The notes: generated from the letters alone by a model not told the origin. Counted from the first letter of the stretch, positions 1-13,200 are shown. The stretch is 64,000 nt of DNA from Mobula hypostoma (GCF_963921235.1 NC_086108.1:102364001-102428000), one strand, 5' to 3'. Numbers and translations: made by a program.

Positions 1-178
1 CTCTTCTCATCAGGAAGGAAGTACAGACGAGAGCAAATTTCACGACATATGCTGGTGACATTAAACCTGATTCTGATTCTGACAGTAATGTAAATGTTGA
101 TTATTAGGAGGGAGGAACTGTTATAATTGCTGTGTGCTACTGAAAGACTTAATGATGCTATGACATTGTTATTCACAG

Positions 179-289
179 GTTTCATTAGCAGCTTTAGAAG
201 AAAGGACAACAGTAACAGAAACAGAACTGCAGCAGCTCAAAACCAAAGCCAAACAACAAGAGGAAATTGCTCTGCAATACGAAACTCGG
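179..289 (+). CDS. ODF2L: ODF2-family coiled-coil gene, internal exon (VSLAALEERTTVTETELQQLKTKAKQQEEIALQYETR)
   Basis: ttcacag acceptor, CGG|gtaata donor, 111 nt, phase 0-0, open heptad-rich frame that joins in phase to the downstream exons. Confidence 0.75.
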
Positions 290-1239
290 GTAATAAAAGA
301 TACAACCAAAGCCAACTACTTAAAAAGGCATTGAAAAGCCTTTTTAAGCCATTGTGAGGTTGTCATAGATCCAATTGAACATTACGTGGCTGTACCAGCA
401 AAATGGTGGGAAACGTTCTGTGCACAATGAAAGACTTAAATTTTGGTAATCAGTCCAATATCTTAAAACTATGAAATTATATTGTATCTCATCAAATGTG
501 CTGTAAGTGGTTTGGTTGGATTGGCTAATACAACTTTGATGAGGAAGATGGTTATCAACAAAAATGAAGTTCCCTTTCTTCTATAAAAAGGGGTTTATTC
601 TGAAGCATTTTGTTAGACTACATGAAGACTGCAGTGGATGACTGATGTGCCTAATAAATGGATGTGTTGTGATGTATATTCCAACAGCATGTAGACAGCA
701 AGATAAATGTAAAAAGTGAATCAGAACTGTAGAATACTGTACCTTTTGGTCAAAACAGTATCATTTTTCCAGGAGCACTTTTTTTCCCAGTGTGGAAATA
801 TCAAACACCAAAAAGCATGCATATAAGGTGAGAGGGGATAAGTTCAAAAGAGACATACAGAGCAAGGATTTGTTTTCAGGAGTGTGCTGTCAGGAGTGTT
901 AGTGGAGGCAGATAGGTGGAGGGGCCGGTAGTGCTGAGGAAACAGAGAGCCTGCAGAGAGGCTTAGATAGTTCAGAAGAATGGGCAAAGAAGTGGCAAAT
1001 GAAATACAACGTTGGAAAGTCTAAGGTCATGCACTTTGGTGGAAGCAATAAACGGGCAGACTATTATTTAGATGGGGAGAGAATTCAAAATGCAGAGACG
1101 CAAAGAGACTTGGGAGTCCTTGTGCAAGATACCCTAAAGGTTAACCTCCAGGTTGAGTCGGTCATGAAGAAAGCAAATGCAATGTTGACATTCATTTCTA
1201 GAGGTATAAAATATAAAAGCAGGGATGTGATGTTGAGGC

Positions 1240-2141
1240 AACACTCAGAACACACTGGAGGAATTCGGCAGGTCGTGCAGCATCCGTGGAAAAGATCGGT
1301 CGACGTTTCGAGCCGGAACCCTTCATCAGAACTGAAGAGGGAAGGGGCAGAGACCCTATAAAGAAGGTGGGGGGAGGGTGGGAAGGAGAAGGCTGGTAGG
1401 TTCCAGGTGAAAAACCAGTGAGGGGAAAGATAAAGGGGTGGGGGAGGGGAAGCAGGGAGGTGATAGGCAGGAAAGGTGAAGAAGGAATAGGGGAAAACAC
1501 AATGGGTAGTAGAAGGAGGCGGAACCATGAGGGAGGTGATAGGCAGCTGGGGGAGGGGGCAGAGTGACATAGGGATAGAGGAAGGGAGGGGGAGGGAATT
1601 ACCGGAAGTTGGAGAATTCTGTGTTCATACCAAGGGGCTGGAGACTACCTAGACGGTATATGAGGTGTTGTTCTTCCAACCTGAGTTTAGCCTCATCATG
1701 GCAGTAGAGGAGGCTATGTATGGACATATCTGAATGGAACTGGGAAGTAGAGTTGAAGTGGGTGGCTACTGGGAGATCCTGTCTGTTGTGGCGGACGGAG
1801 CGGAGCTGCTCAACGAAGCGGTCCCCCAGTCTGCGTCGAGTTTCACCGATGTAGAGAAGGCCGCGCCGGGAGCATTGTTTAAATGACCCCAACAGACTCA
1901 CAAGTGAAGTGTTGCCTCACTTGGAAGGACTGTTTGCGGCCCTGAATGGTGGCAAAAGAGGAGGTGTAGGGACAGGTGTAGCACTTGCGCTTACAGGGAT
2001 AAGTGCCAGGTGGGAGATCCATGAGGAGGGACGTGTGGACCAGGGAGTTGCGGAGGAACCAATCCCTGCGGAAAGCGAAGAGGGGTGGAGAGGGAAAGAA
2101 GTGCTTAGTGGTGGGGTCCTGTTGAAGGTGGCAGAAGTTGC
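1240..2141 (-). mobile_element. Penelope-like (Neptune) element, 5'-truncated: GIY-YIG endonuclease plus pLTR
   Basis: CKRKCYTCP...C..C..LYIGETRRRLGDRF.EH...LEEQHLIYRLGSLQPLGMN; flanked by 17-bp direct repeat ggatgtgatgttgaggc (1223-1239 and 2142-2158). Confidence 0.92.
1297..1334 (-). ncRNA. Minimal type I hammerhead ribozyme motif in Penelope pLTR
   Basis: Minus strand reads cagtt-CTGATGA-agggttccggctc-GAAA-C-GTC-gaccg. Confidence 0.7.
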
Positions 2142-2509
2142 GGATGTGATGTTGAGGCTCTATAAGGCACTCATGACACCACACTTGGAGTATTGTGTGC
2201 AGTTTTGGGCTCCTTATTTTAGTAAGGATATATTGACATTAGAGAGGTTTCAGAGAAGATTCACGAGAATGATTCCAGGAATGAAAGGGTTAGCGTATGA
2301 AGAACATCTGGCAGCTCTTGGACTGTATTCCCTGGAGTTCAGGAGAATGAGGGGGGATCTCATAGAAGCATTCTGACTGTTAAAAGGCCTGAACAGATTA
2401 GATATGGCAAAGTTATTTCTCATGGTAGGGGATTCTGGGACAAGACAGCATGATTTCAGGGTTGAAGGATGTCCTTTTAGAACTGAGATGTGGAGATCAT
2501 TTAGTCGTA

Positions 2510-2963
2510 TGTAGCCCCCGGTAAGCCTCAGGCTCGCTCAGCTCGCGTCCGTCTAGGGGGAGCAGCCTTCAGCCCCGCCAAACTGGGTAATCAAGTTTGT
2601 ATGGATGCTGTGTGATGTACCCCACCCCACTCCTCTCCTCGCCGAAGACCCTGGGCCTCGGACTCCCACTCGGGGTCCGTTCTGCCGCCCAGCTCACAGC
2701 ATCGCGTCTCCTCTCTCTGTCCCCATCGTGCCTTCTGCTCCAAAGCCCGCGAACTATCGCTTACAGACACACAAGAAAGAATAACATCTATCCCAATTGG
2801 TTCGTTCTCTCTCTTATCAATAATATAACCTAAACAGGCAGAGAGAGAGAGAGAGAACTCCTTACATCACAGTTATTATTACAGAAAAGCCATTTTATTG
2901 TAACATAACAAAGAAGCCATTTTGTTAGCCTTTGCAGTAACATAAAAGAAGAAGCCCCTTACA
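2510..2963. mobile_element. Probable solo LTR
   Basis: TGTAG...TTACA termini; CpG-richer block abruptly ending a CR1; no matching target-site duplication. Confidence 0.5.
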
Positions 2964-3048
2964 TCCTCATCTTATACATCTTACGATTTGAAAGTTGTAT
3001 TTCTCATTTCAAGGTGTTGAAGAGACTGTTACTCACTCCTAACAATAG

Positions 3049-3153
3049 ATCCAGTTTTTACGGATATCAGCTGATGAACTGAAGGGAGGTCTTGAAAAAG
3101 CTGCAGTGGAAAAGAGACGGATGAGAAAAAAGGGAGATACAGAAAAATGGAAG
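3049..3153 (+). CDS. ODF2L: ODF2L-like internal exon (IQFLRISADELKGGLEKAAVEKRRMRKKGDTEKWK) with GC donor
   Basis: ctcctaacaatag acceptor with branch-like ctaac; ends AAG|gcaagt; 105 nt, phase 0-0, coiled-coil composition. Confidence 0.65.
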
Positions 3154-3876
3154 GCAAGTCCTCGAGTGCATTTTGCATATAATGTTGTCATTTTCCTTAA
3201 TATCAAATCAAAGCAGATTGGCAGGTCTTCCTTTTTAATCTGATAGACCCGAAGAGACAAGAAATTTCTTGGGTTTTATGAGTGACTTCATTCCCCGGCA
3301 TTGTGTAAATTTTTGCAGTAATTTTACTTTAATTTTTCTTCATTTAAAAAAATGTAGTAACTTTTAGAATATACTGTCTGATTTAACAGCAAGTGCTCTC
3401 AACAGAGAGCGAGTGAATCTCCATGAAAAGGGCTGAGGAAACCAAGCAGTAGGTGTGACTCATGTGGATCAAAGATAAAACATCAGCTTTAAAGATTAGC
3501 TGTCTTTGCTACATGTATATTGAAACATAGTGAAATGTGTTGTTTGGCATTGACAACCAAAGCAGTCTGAGGATTGTGTTAGACTCAGCTTCCGGCTCCG
3601 ACTTAGCACACCCACAACTCACTAATTGTAACCGTATACCTTTTAGAATATGGAAGGAAACCGGAACACCCACAGGAAACTCACGTGATCAAGGGTACAA
3701 ATGCCAATGATCAATGAAGTGTAAGGCCATTATGATAACTATTACATTTTAAAAAGCTGGCAGAGGTGTGATGATAGAAGGAATATTTCCATAAATATCA
3801 ACAAACAATAGCCTGGATTGGAGGCAAAAATGTAAGTCAGTGTTTTAGGATGAGACCTTTGCATTGGGGCAGAGAG

Positions 3877-4293
3877 GAAACATAGAAACATAGAAACTAG
3901 GTGCAGGATAGGCCATTCAGCCCTTTGAGCCTGCACCGCCATTCAGTATGATCATGGCTGATCATCCAACCCAGAACCCTGTACCAACCTTCCCTCCATA
4001 CCCCCGATCCCCTTAGCCACAAGGGTCATATCTGACTCTCTCTTAAATATAGCCAATGAACTGGCCTCAACTGTTTCCTGTGGCAGAGAATTCCACAGAT
4101 TCACCACTCTCTGTGTGAAGAAGGTTTTCCTCATCTCGGTCCCAAAAGGCTTCCCCTTTATCCTTAAACTGTGACCTCTCGTTCTGGACTTCCCCAACAT
4201 CGGGAACAATCTTTCTGCATCTAGCCTGTCTAATCCCTTTAGAATTTTATACGTTTCAATTAGATCCCCCCTCAATCTTCTAAATTCCAGTGA
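3877..4293 (-). mobile_element. CR1 3' end, same subfamily as 37678-40590
   Basis: (gaaacata)n tail and C-terminal ORF2 peptide nearly identical to the long copy. Confidence 0.92.
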
Positions 4294-5269
4294 GAAACTG
4301 GAAGATTACCAGTATATAGCAGTATGAAAGAGGCTGTTTAAATAACAAAGCAGGATTTCAACAGGATAGGAAATAAAATGGCACACAGCTCCCATGAGAA
4401 ATTTCTCTTTGGTAGTCGATATTTGCTGAAAGAAGTGTTTGTTTTCCTTATTATGAAACCATAAGGTGTAGCAAAGTCAGTAAATTAATTAAAGTTTGCT
4501 GTTTATAAAAACAAATTCTCTGAAAACTGCCAGTTATTCTTTTGTAATTTTGAAAAAGATTGATTTCTAATGCAATGTATGTTTTCTTAGGGCAATGACA
4601 GGGATCACTATAATTACAGAGGTGATACAGCACAGTGCAGAGTGAATTGAAAAAGGAAGGGGTTCTTCATTTCGTGTTTATCTTTTCCTACCAACAGGAA
4701 AGCTGAGTAAATTCTGTTTAGGCCAACATCTATTTAAATTATAAATTCTGAGAACTATTTATGACTGCACTTATATCTGATAAATCCTGATATTACTTAT
4801 GTCAATTGACTATGTTGGAAATTAACTTTGTCTAAAGGTGACGGTTAATTGGCAGTGATGCAACTTTACTGACGTGGCAACGCACATCAGTGATTCACTG
4901 TATTCCTAATGCATGTGGCTTGATAGCTCTTCATGAACCCTGGCCATCTCTCTCTTAAGCCACATAGACAAGGTCAGCAGGAAAGAGTTTTTAACATTGG
5001 CCAACAGGAAATGGCTAGAAGTTCTTAGTGTCTCTGAAGAGTACATTTTCAATCAGTTGTCTGTCCAGCTGCTTCCATCAGAGATTTGCAGATGCATTCA
5101 AGATATTTAAATGAATTCAGCTGGATAAGCTAGATAATTGATAATTATTTTATTACCACATATAGCGAATGCAGTAAAAAGTTTTTTTTGTTTCCAAACC
5201 TACCAGACAGATCATTTCATACATTAATATTTATATTGAGGTAGTACCAAAGAAAAATTATGTAGAATA

Positions 5270-5635
5270 TCGATTTCTTCAACTGCCAGTAGCTTCTCCC
5301 CCTATTCCTTCTCTCTTTTTCCATTCCCCATTCTGGTTCTGCTCTCATCCCTTCTCTTCACCTGCCTATCACCTCCCTCTGATGCCCCTCCTCCTTCCCT
5401 TTCTTCCATTGTCCACTATTCTCTCCGATCAGATTCCTTCTCCGTCACCCCTGTACCTCTTCAATCTATCCCCTCCCAACTTCTTACTCTGTCCTCCTCC
5501 CCCAGCACCTTATTCTGGCTTCTTCCTTCCCTTCCAATGCAGATGAATGGTCTCTGCCCGAAACACCCACTGTTTATTCCCTGCCATAGATGTTGTCTGA
5601 CTTGCTGAGTTCCGCCATTTTGTGTGTTTTGCTGT
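5270..5635 (+). mobile_element. Degraded Penelope pLTR
   Basis: Pyrimidine-rich tract, decayed hammerhead (gatgaa...cccgaaac), 'ctgacttgctgagttc' end. Confidence 0.7.
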
Positions 5636-5699
5636 AGAATGTAATGTTGTAGTTACAGACCAAGTGCAGTGCAGATAGGCAAAAAACATACAAGAATCC

Positions 5700-6140
5700 A
5701 TATTTATTGTACAAGAGATCCATTTAAGAGTTTGATAACAGCAGGGAAGAAGCTGTCCTTGAGCCTGGTGGTACATATTTTCAAGCCTTTATATCTCCTG
5801 CCTGATGGCAGCTTTATATTGGCGGCTTTTCTGAGACAGCAAAAAGAGTAAGTAGAGTCAATGAGGGGGATGTTGGTTTTCCTTAATGTCTGGGCTGTAT
5901 TCACAACTCTATAGTCCATGTTTTTTTATTGGTGGTGGTCATTGATGACATACCAAATTTCCTTGGCCTTCTGAGGAAGCAGAGGTGCTAAGTGAGCTTT
6001 CTTGGCTGTGGTGTCAGCATGATTGGAACGGGACAAATTTACGCCTGGAAGCTTGACACACTCAACCTTCTCCACCTTCAGCATTGATACAGACGGGGTG
6101 CTTCCTAAATTCACTGACCAGCCCTTTTACTGACATTGGG
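5700..6140 (-). mobile_element. Rex1/Babar-like LINE 3' fragment
   Basis: LPSGRRY...TTRLKDSFFPAVIKLLN C-terminal motif. Confidence 0.75.
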
Positions 6141-6925
6141 GTTCTATTTAATATCTGAGCATGTGTATAGTATCAAACCTGAAATTCTTACTCTCCACAG
6201 ACATCCACAAAACAAAGGAAATACACTAGAATGAATGACAGGAAAACTTTAGAACCCCAAAGCCCCTCCTCTTCCCTGCCTTAGCAAAAACATGAGCCCA
6301 CCATCCTCCATACATGCAATAGCAAAGTGTCCAAAGAGACCATGATCCAGAGTTCATCAAAAACTACTGTTCAACCCAATAGTTCAACATCCAACAGGCT
6401 CGCTCTCTCACTAACAAGGGAGAGAGAGGGGTGTCACTCATGCCACAGCAAGAGGGGAGACCAAAGGCTCACTGTTTCAATGTTACAGTCTGCAACACAG
6501 CTTTATTTTGAGTTTCTCTGTCTCAAGAGTTGGCAGCAGATTCTCTCTCTCTGTCTCAAGGGAGAGGGACATATTCCTCAAGTGCAGAGGCCTCTGATGG
6601 CCACACCCACTGCCTCGATGTTCAGATCTCCTTCAGTGCTGCACAAGGCTGCACCCCGAAGGCGTACGTCTTCCAGGCCACTCCTGGAGATGCTAGGCTG
6701 TTCAGCAAGCTCTGAGAGTGGGAACCCACCGCCAGATAGAACCGCAGTTCAAGTGCAGCTGTAGATCATGGACTCCGATAGACCCCAGCTACCTTGAAGA
6801 GGAAAGAAGAGGCATTAGAGAGCAGAAGGATTTAAACCATTTTGCAGATGAAGTGGTAGATGTCTTCTGGCACAATCTTTAGCTCCTCTGGAACACAATA
6901 AGCAGCAAAACTACAACTTAGGAGC

Positions 6926-7733
6926 TTAGGAGACAATGGCGCCTAATGGCGACTCCTTTGCTTGTGTCTTCGGAAACAGCTCTATTTCCATCTTTAATAG
7001 CTCTATTTTTCCCTTTCAGGGTTCTTTTCAAGACCCTGACCTGGAGTTACATGCTGACTTCGGTTCTTTGCAGGAATGAGACCTGCTCTCAGGGTCTCAC
7101 AACTGGCCGCTATTCAATATACCAAGGACGCGGCCTAGAAGATTAGTGCACCTTCACAGTTTCAGGATTTTGTGGCTCTGCAGGTGGGCAGACTCGGTCG
7201 GTGCCTCTACAGGAAATCGATGTGTTGTGGGAGATGGATGATTGAAAGCAGCAAGCTGGCTGCTGGCTGTGTGCCAAGAGACCCAAGTTCTTTGGGCACA
7301 GAGCTTGGAAAAAGCAAAGCAAAGGACTTTTAACATCATAAACCAGCGAGTTGTTATGTCTCCCCTCTCGCTGTGAGACGGAGACATCTCTTTTTCCCTT
7401 ATTAGCGAGAGAGAGAGCCTGTGGTAGGTCGAATCACCAGGTGACCGAGTAGTCTTTGGGGTACTGCAAGTCTGTGTCTTTGCTGATGCTTTGCTCTACG
7501 TTTGAGTGCTCAGTGGGGGGGCGCCGATGCTTTTTTTTGCTGGTGAGGGAGGAGGGATTGTTGCTTTGCTGCTGCTTGCACGTGGGAGGGGGGAGCTGGG
7601 GAGGCTTTGAAGTTCTAACATTTAACTGTCATTCATTCTTTGGGGCACTCCTCTGTTTTCATGGATGGTTGCGAAGATAAAGAATTTCAGGATGAATATT
7701 GTATACATTTCTCTGACATTAAATATACCTTTG
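6926..7733 (+). mobile_element. About 800-bp non-coding interspersed repeat (non-autonomous retroposon-like); relatives at 27823-28647 (+) and about 6170-6880 (-)
   Basis: Shared blocks (gcgactcc, gaaacagc, ccctgacctggag, acgcggcctagaaga, gagagagcctgtggta, aagaatttc...ctga.attaaa) between 6926-7733 and 27823-28647. Confidence 0.65.
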
Positions 7734-7794
7734 AAAAAAAGAGACTGTGGTCTTGGCACCATGCCACAAAGCTGTCTACCTCCTTCCTGTACTT

Positions 7795-8045
7795 CATCTC
7801 ACTGTTGTTTGAGGTCTAGTCCATTACAGTGGTGCCATCTCACTGTTGTTTGAGGTCTAGTCCATTACAGTGGTGCCATCTCACTGTTGTTTAAGGTCTA
7901 GTCCATTACAGTGGTGCCATCTCACTGTTGTTTGAGGTCTAGTCCATTACAGTGGTGCCATCTCACTGTTGTTTGAGGTCTAGTCCATTACAGTGGTGCC
8001 ATCTCACTGTTGTTTGAGGTCTAGTCCATTACAGTTGTGCCATCT
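7795..8045. repeat. 41-bp minisatellite, about 6 copies, inside a minus-strand Rex1-like RT relic (about 7745-8175)
   Basis: Unit catctcactgttgtttgaggtctagtccattacagtggtgc, near-perfect copies. Confidence 0.95.
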
Positions 8046-8619
8046 GCAAACCAGAAAACAGAGTTAGTGCAGAATCTGACCACACAGTTGTGAGTGTAGA
8101 GTGAGTTGATTAGGGGGCTGAGGACACAGCGTTGCGGGGCAACAGTGTTGAGTATAATCATGTCAGTGATGTTGCTACCTGTCATTATTTATTATGGTCT
8201 TTTTCATCAGGAAGATTCAGATTTATTTATTACATGTACATCAAAACATTCAATGAAATGCGTCATGTATATTAACAACCAACACACCTTAGAATGTGCA
8301 AAGGCAACCTGCAAGTGTGCCACACATTCTGGCACCAACATTCTGTGACCACAAAACACAGCAGAACAATACAGAGCACAACAAGCATCTTTCCTCACTC
8401 CCACCCACACATATGGACAGTCCTCCAGCTCCAGGACAGGCCTCTGGGCCCCCAGGCTTCAGCAACTGGGCTAAGACTTCTGTACTTCCAATCAACTTCA
8501 GGCTTTGATCTTTGCTATTGATTCCAGACTAGCCGATGAAGGGATCCTGCAGCTCGAACTCTGAGCGTATTGAATGACCGGTCCTCAAGCTTCCTGCTCA
8601 CATAGACGTGCACCGATCT

Positions 8620-9008
8620 GGGATGGGCATGAACATTGAATTTTCCAACTTCCAGTAATTCCCTCCCCCTCCCTTTCCCCATCCTAGTTTCACTCTGCCC
8701 CCTCCTCCAGCTGCCTATCACCTCCCTCATGGTTCCGCCTCCTTCTGCTACCCGTTGTGCTTTCCCTTATTCCTTCTTCATATTTCCTGCCTATCCCCTC
8801 CCCCACCCCTTGAACTTTCCCCTTACTGGTTTTTCACCTGGCACCTACCAGCCTTCTCCTTCTCACCTTCCCCCCATCTTCTTTATAGGGCTCCTGCCCC
8901 CTCCCTCTTCAGTCCCGACAAAGGGTCTCGGCCCGAAATGTTGACTGTCCGTTTCCACGGATGCTGCCCCACCTGCTGAGTTCCTCCAGCGAGTTGTGAG
9001 TGTTGCAT
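8620..9008 (+). mobile_element. Penelope pLTR fragment
   Basis: Reverse-complement match to 1240-1640; decayed hammerhead at about 8910-8947. Confidence 0.88.
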
Positions 9009-9764
9009 CAATCTGGGGTATTGCTGGCCTTCGTGCACGAAGCGAATGTCATGGACCCAGTTGCAAAAGGGAGTGTTGAGTCCTTGGTCTAATTGTTGCA
9101 AGACTGGGGCTAAATGCAGGCAAATGGGACAAGCTCGCTTTGGCAGCTTGGATGGCACAGGTCAGTTGGACTGAAGGGCCTATTTCTATGTTGTTTCCGG
9201 TCCTCTCAGAGTATTCTTAACTCTAGTGATTCTTGAAGGATCACTATTCATGCCTTCACAATCTCTTCAGCTACCTCTTTCAGAACCCTCTGGTGCAGTC
9301 TGTCCAGTCCAGGAGGCTTTTCCATCTTAATGTCTTTCAGCTCCTCAAGCACTAATACCAACAATCTAGCAATCTTAATTTTGCACCTTCCTTCCACTCT
9401 GCCCAAATTCCTGAATGACACATCTGCGACACTTACAGACTGCCCAGCACAGTCCTCACTAATTTGATGTGATGCAAAACGGCACATTTCTCTGTTCGTT
9501 TCAATGTACGTGTGACAAATAAAGTTAATCTTAAAATCTGTCCTTAATCTCTTCAACATTAACTCAGCCAAAACTGGAGTCCTATTTGTAGTTCTTGGCA
9601 CCACACCATCGGAAAGATGTAATTACACTAGAGAGGATTCAAAGGAAATTAACAGGATAAATCTTTGTTTTATTTTGTAACAAAATCAGAAACAGATTTA
9701 ATACCACTGACCTATGTCATGAAATTGGTTAATGAAGTGTAGCAGCAATACATTGTAATACATA

Positions 9765-11937
9765 TGTTTCTATAAGGGAAATTACAGTGGTATGAGAGAG
9801 GAGTTGGCCAAAGTAAATTGGAAGGAGCTGCTGGCAAGGATGTCAGCACAGCAGCAATAGTATGTCTATCTGGGAAAGACGAGGAAGGTGCAGGACATGT
9901 GTATTCCAAAAATGAAGAAATACTCAAATGGTAAAATAGTACAATGGTGGCTAACAAGGGAAGTCAAAGCTATTGTAAAAGCAAAAGAAAGGGCATACAG
10001 CAAAGCAGAAAATAGTGGGAAGATAGAGGATTGGGAAGTTTTTAAAAACCTACAAAGAGCAACTAAAAAAATCATTAGAAAGGAAAAGATGAAATATGAA
10101 AGCAAGCTAGCAAATAATATCAAAGTGGATAGTAAAAGTTTTTCAGGTATCTTAAAAATAAAAGAGAAATGAGAGTGGATATAGGACCGCTCGAAAATGA
10201 GGCAGGAGAAATAATAACAGGGGACAAGGAGATGGCTGATGAACTAAATGAGTATCTTGCATCAGTTTTTACTGTGGAAGTCACTGGCAGTATGTCTGGT
10301 GTTGTAGTGTGTGAAGGAAGAGAAGTGGGTGCAGTTCATGTTACAAGAGAGAAATGCTCAAAAAGCTGATAGACTAAAAGTCACCTGGATCAGAGCAACT
10401 GCACCCTAGAGTTCTGAAAGAGGTAGCATTAGAGATTGTGGTGGCATTAGAAATGATCTTTCAAAAATCATTGGACTCTGGCATGGTGCCAGTGGACTGG
10501 AAAATTGCAAATCTCACTCCACCTTTTAAGAAAAGAGAAAGGCAGCAGAAAGGAAATGATAGACCAGTTAGCCTGCCCTCAGTGGTTGGGAAGATGTTGG
10601 AGTCAATTGTTAAGGATGAGGTGACAGAGTATTTGGTGACACAGGACAAGATAGTACAAAATCAGCACGGTTTCCTTCAGGGAAAATCCTGCCTAATGAA
10701 ACTGTTGGAATTCTTTGAGGAGATTACAAGTATGACAGATAAACAGGATGTAGTGGTTGTTATATATTTGGACTTCAAGAAGGCTTTTGACAAGGTGCCA
10801 CACATGAGGCTACTTAGCGAGGTAAGAGCCCGTGGTATTACCAGAAAGTTACTAACATGGTTAGAGCATTGGCTGATTGGTAGGAGACAGCAAGTGGGAA
10901 TAAAAGGATCCTTTTCTGGTTGGCTGCCAGTGACTAGTGGGGTTCCGCAGGGGTCGATGTTGGAACAGCTTTTTATGCTGTATATAAATGATTTAGATGA
11001 TAGAATAAATGGCTTTGTTGCCAAGTTTGCAGATGATACAAAGATTGGTGGAGGGGCAGGTAGTGTTGAGGAAACAGGTAGGATGCAGAAGGACTTAGAC
11101 AGATTAGAAAAATGGGCAAGAAAGTGGCAAATGAAATATAATGTTGGAAAATGCATGGTCATGCACTTTGGTAGTAGAATAAATGTGTGGACTATTTTCT
11201 AAATGGGGAGAAAATACAGAAATCTCAGGTGCAGAGGGACTTGGGAGTCCTTGTGCAGAACACCCTAAAGGTTAACTTGCAGGTTGAGTCAGTGGTGAGG
11301 AAGGCAAATGCATGTTAGCATTCTTTTCAAGAGGTCTAGAATACAAGAGCAAGGATGTGATGCTGAGGCTTTATAAGGCACTGGTGAGGCTTCACCTAGA
11401 GTATTGTGAACAGTTTTGGGCCCCTCATCTTAGAAAAGATGTGCTGGCATTGGAGAGGGTCCAGGGGAGGTTCACAAGGATGATTCCAGGAATGAAAGGG
11501 TTATCGTACGAGTAATGTTTGATGGCTCTGTATCTGTACTCACTGGAATTCAGAAGGACGAAGGGAGGAATTTCGAATAAACAGAGTAGATGTGAAAAGG
11601 ATGTTTCCCATGGTAGGAGAGTCTTGGACAAGAGGGCACAGCCTCAGGATAGAGGGGTACCCTTTCAAAACAGAGATGCAGAGAAATTTCTTTAGCCAAA
11701 GGGCTGTGAATTTGTGGAATTTGTTGCTACATGCAGCTGTGGAGGCCAGGTCGTTGAGTGTATTTAAGGCAGAGATTGATAGGTTCTTGATCGGACATGG
11801 CATCAAAGGTTACGGGGAGAAGGCTGGGAACTGGGGTTGAGGAGGAGACAGAAAAAAAGGATCAGCCATGATTGAATGGCGGAGCAGACTCAATGGGCCA
11901 GATGGCCTAATTCTGCTCCTATGTATTATGGCCTTAT
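9765..11937 (+). mobile_element. CR1 LINE, 5'-truncated, frameshifted ORF2
   Basis: YLDFKKAFDKVPH, SGVPQGS, KFADDTK motifs and CR1 3' UTR. Confidence 0.93.
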
Positions 11938-12413
11938 AATAATATAAGCTATAGATTACAATAAGAAGCACATAAAAAGTAAATAGTGCAAAAACAGAAG
12001 AGAAAAAATGCAGAGGAGTAATCTGATTGGGGTATATAATGAGGTAAATAATGAGAAAAGCAATAAGAAGAAAAGAAGAAATAAGAGGAAGCTAACCAAT
12101 AATATAATCAAGGAACAAAAAGTTTTTTTCAGATATATAAAGAGTAAAAGAGAAGCAAGATTGTATATTGGGCCGCTGGAGAGATAATAATGGACGAAGA
12201 AATAGTGGACAAGCTTAATAAGTATTTTGCACCAGTCTTCACTGTGAAAGGCAACCTGAAAATTCAAGAGTGTCAGGAGGCAGAAGTGAGTGTAGTTGCT
12301 ATTACTAAGAGCAGGAGATGAATGATAATACCAATGATGATAATACTAAGGGAGTTTGGGAAACTGAAAGGTCTGAAAGTAGATAATTCACCTGGACCAG
12401 ATGGACTATACAT

Positions 12414-13200
12414 TAGTCATAGTCATAGTCATACTTTATTGATCCCGGGGGAAATTGGTTTTCGTTACAGTTGCACCATAAGTAATTAAATAGTAGTAAG
12501 ACCATAAATAGTTAAATAGTGATATGTCAATTATGTCAGGAAATAAGTCCAGGACCAGCCTATTGGCTCAGGGTGTCTGACCCTCAAAGGGAGGAGTTGT
12601 AAAGTTTGATGGCCACAGGCAGGAATGACTTCCTATGACGCTCTGTGTTGCATCTCGGTGGAATGAGTCTCTGGCTGAATGTACTCCTGTGCCCAACCAG
12701 TACATTATGTAGTGAATGGGAGATATTGTCCAAGATGGCATGCAACTTAGACAGCATCCTCTTTTCAGACACCACCATCAGAGAGTCCAGTTCCGTCCCC
12801 ACAACATCACTAGCCTTACGAATGAGTTTGTTGATTCTGTTGGTGTCTGCTACCCTCAGCCTGCTGCCCCAGCACACAACAGCAAACATGATAGCACTGG
12901 CCACCACAGACTCATAGAACATCCTCAGCATCGTCCGGCAGATGTTAAAGGACCTCAGTCTCCTCAGAAAATAGAGATAGCTCTGACCCTTCTTGTAGAC
13001 AGCCTCAGTGTTCTTTGACCAGTCTAGTTTATTGTCAATTCGTATCCCCAGGTATTTGTAACCCTCCACCATATCCATACTGACCCCCTGGATGGAAACA
13101 GGGGTCACCGGTACCTTAGCTCTCCTCAGGTCTACCACCAGCTCCTTAGTCTTTTTCACGTTCAGCTGCAGATGATTCTGCTCACACCATGTGACAAAGT
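12414..13200 (-). mobile_element. Rex1/Babar-like LINE 3' fragment nested between CR1 pieces (about 12085-12410 and about 13385-14260)
   Basis: KTKELVVDLRR...YKYLG...LYFLRRLRSF...SFLPVAIKLYN; (catagt)n tail. Confidence 0.88.

Larger units (their letters stand above)
915..2506 (+). mobile_element. CR1 LINE 3' ORF2 fragment split by a Penelope insertion
   Basis: RT C-terminal motifs (KWQMKYNVGK, RDLGVLV, LYKAL..PHLEYCVQFW, RRMRGDLIE) continue on both sides of 1240-2141. Confidence 0.9.

Noticed and set aside
127..357. 76-aa ORF
   Set aside because: Alternative frame overlapping the ODF2L exon at 179-289.
1085..1570. Pro/Phe-rich ORFs repeated at 8636, 16302 and 54956
   Set aside because: Translations of pyrimidine-rich Penelope pLTRs.
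7795..8045. CRISPR-like regular repeats
   Set aside because: Contiguous tandem units without unique spacers, in eukaryotic DNA; the same applies to the 51-bp arrays.
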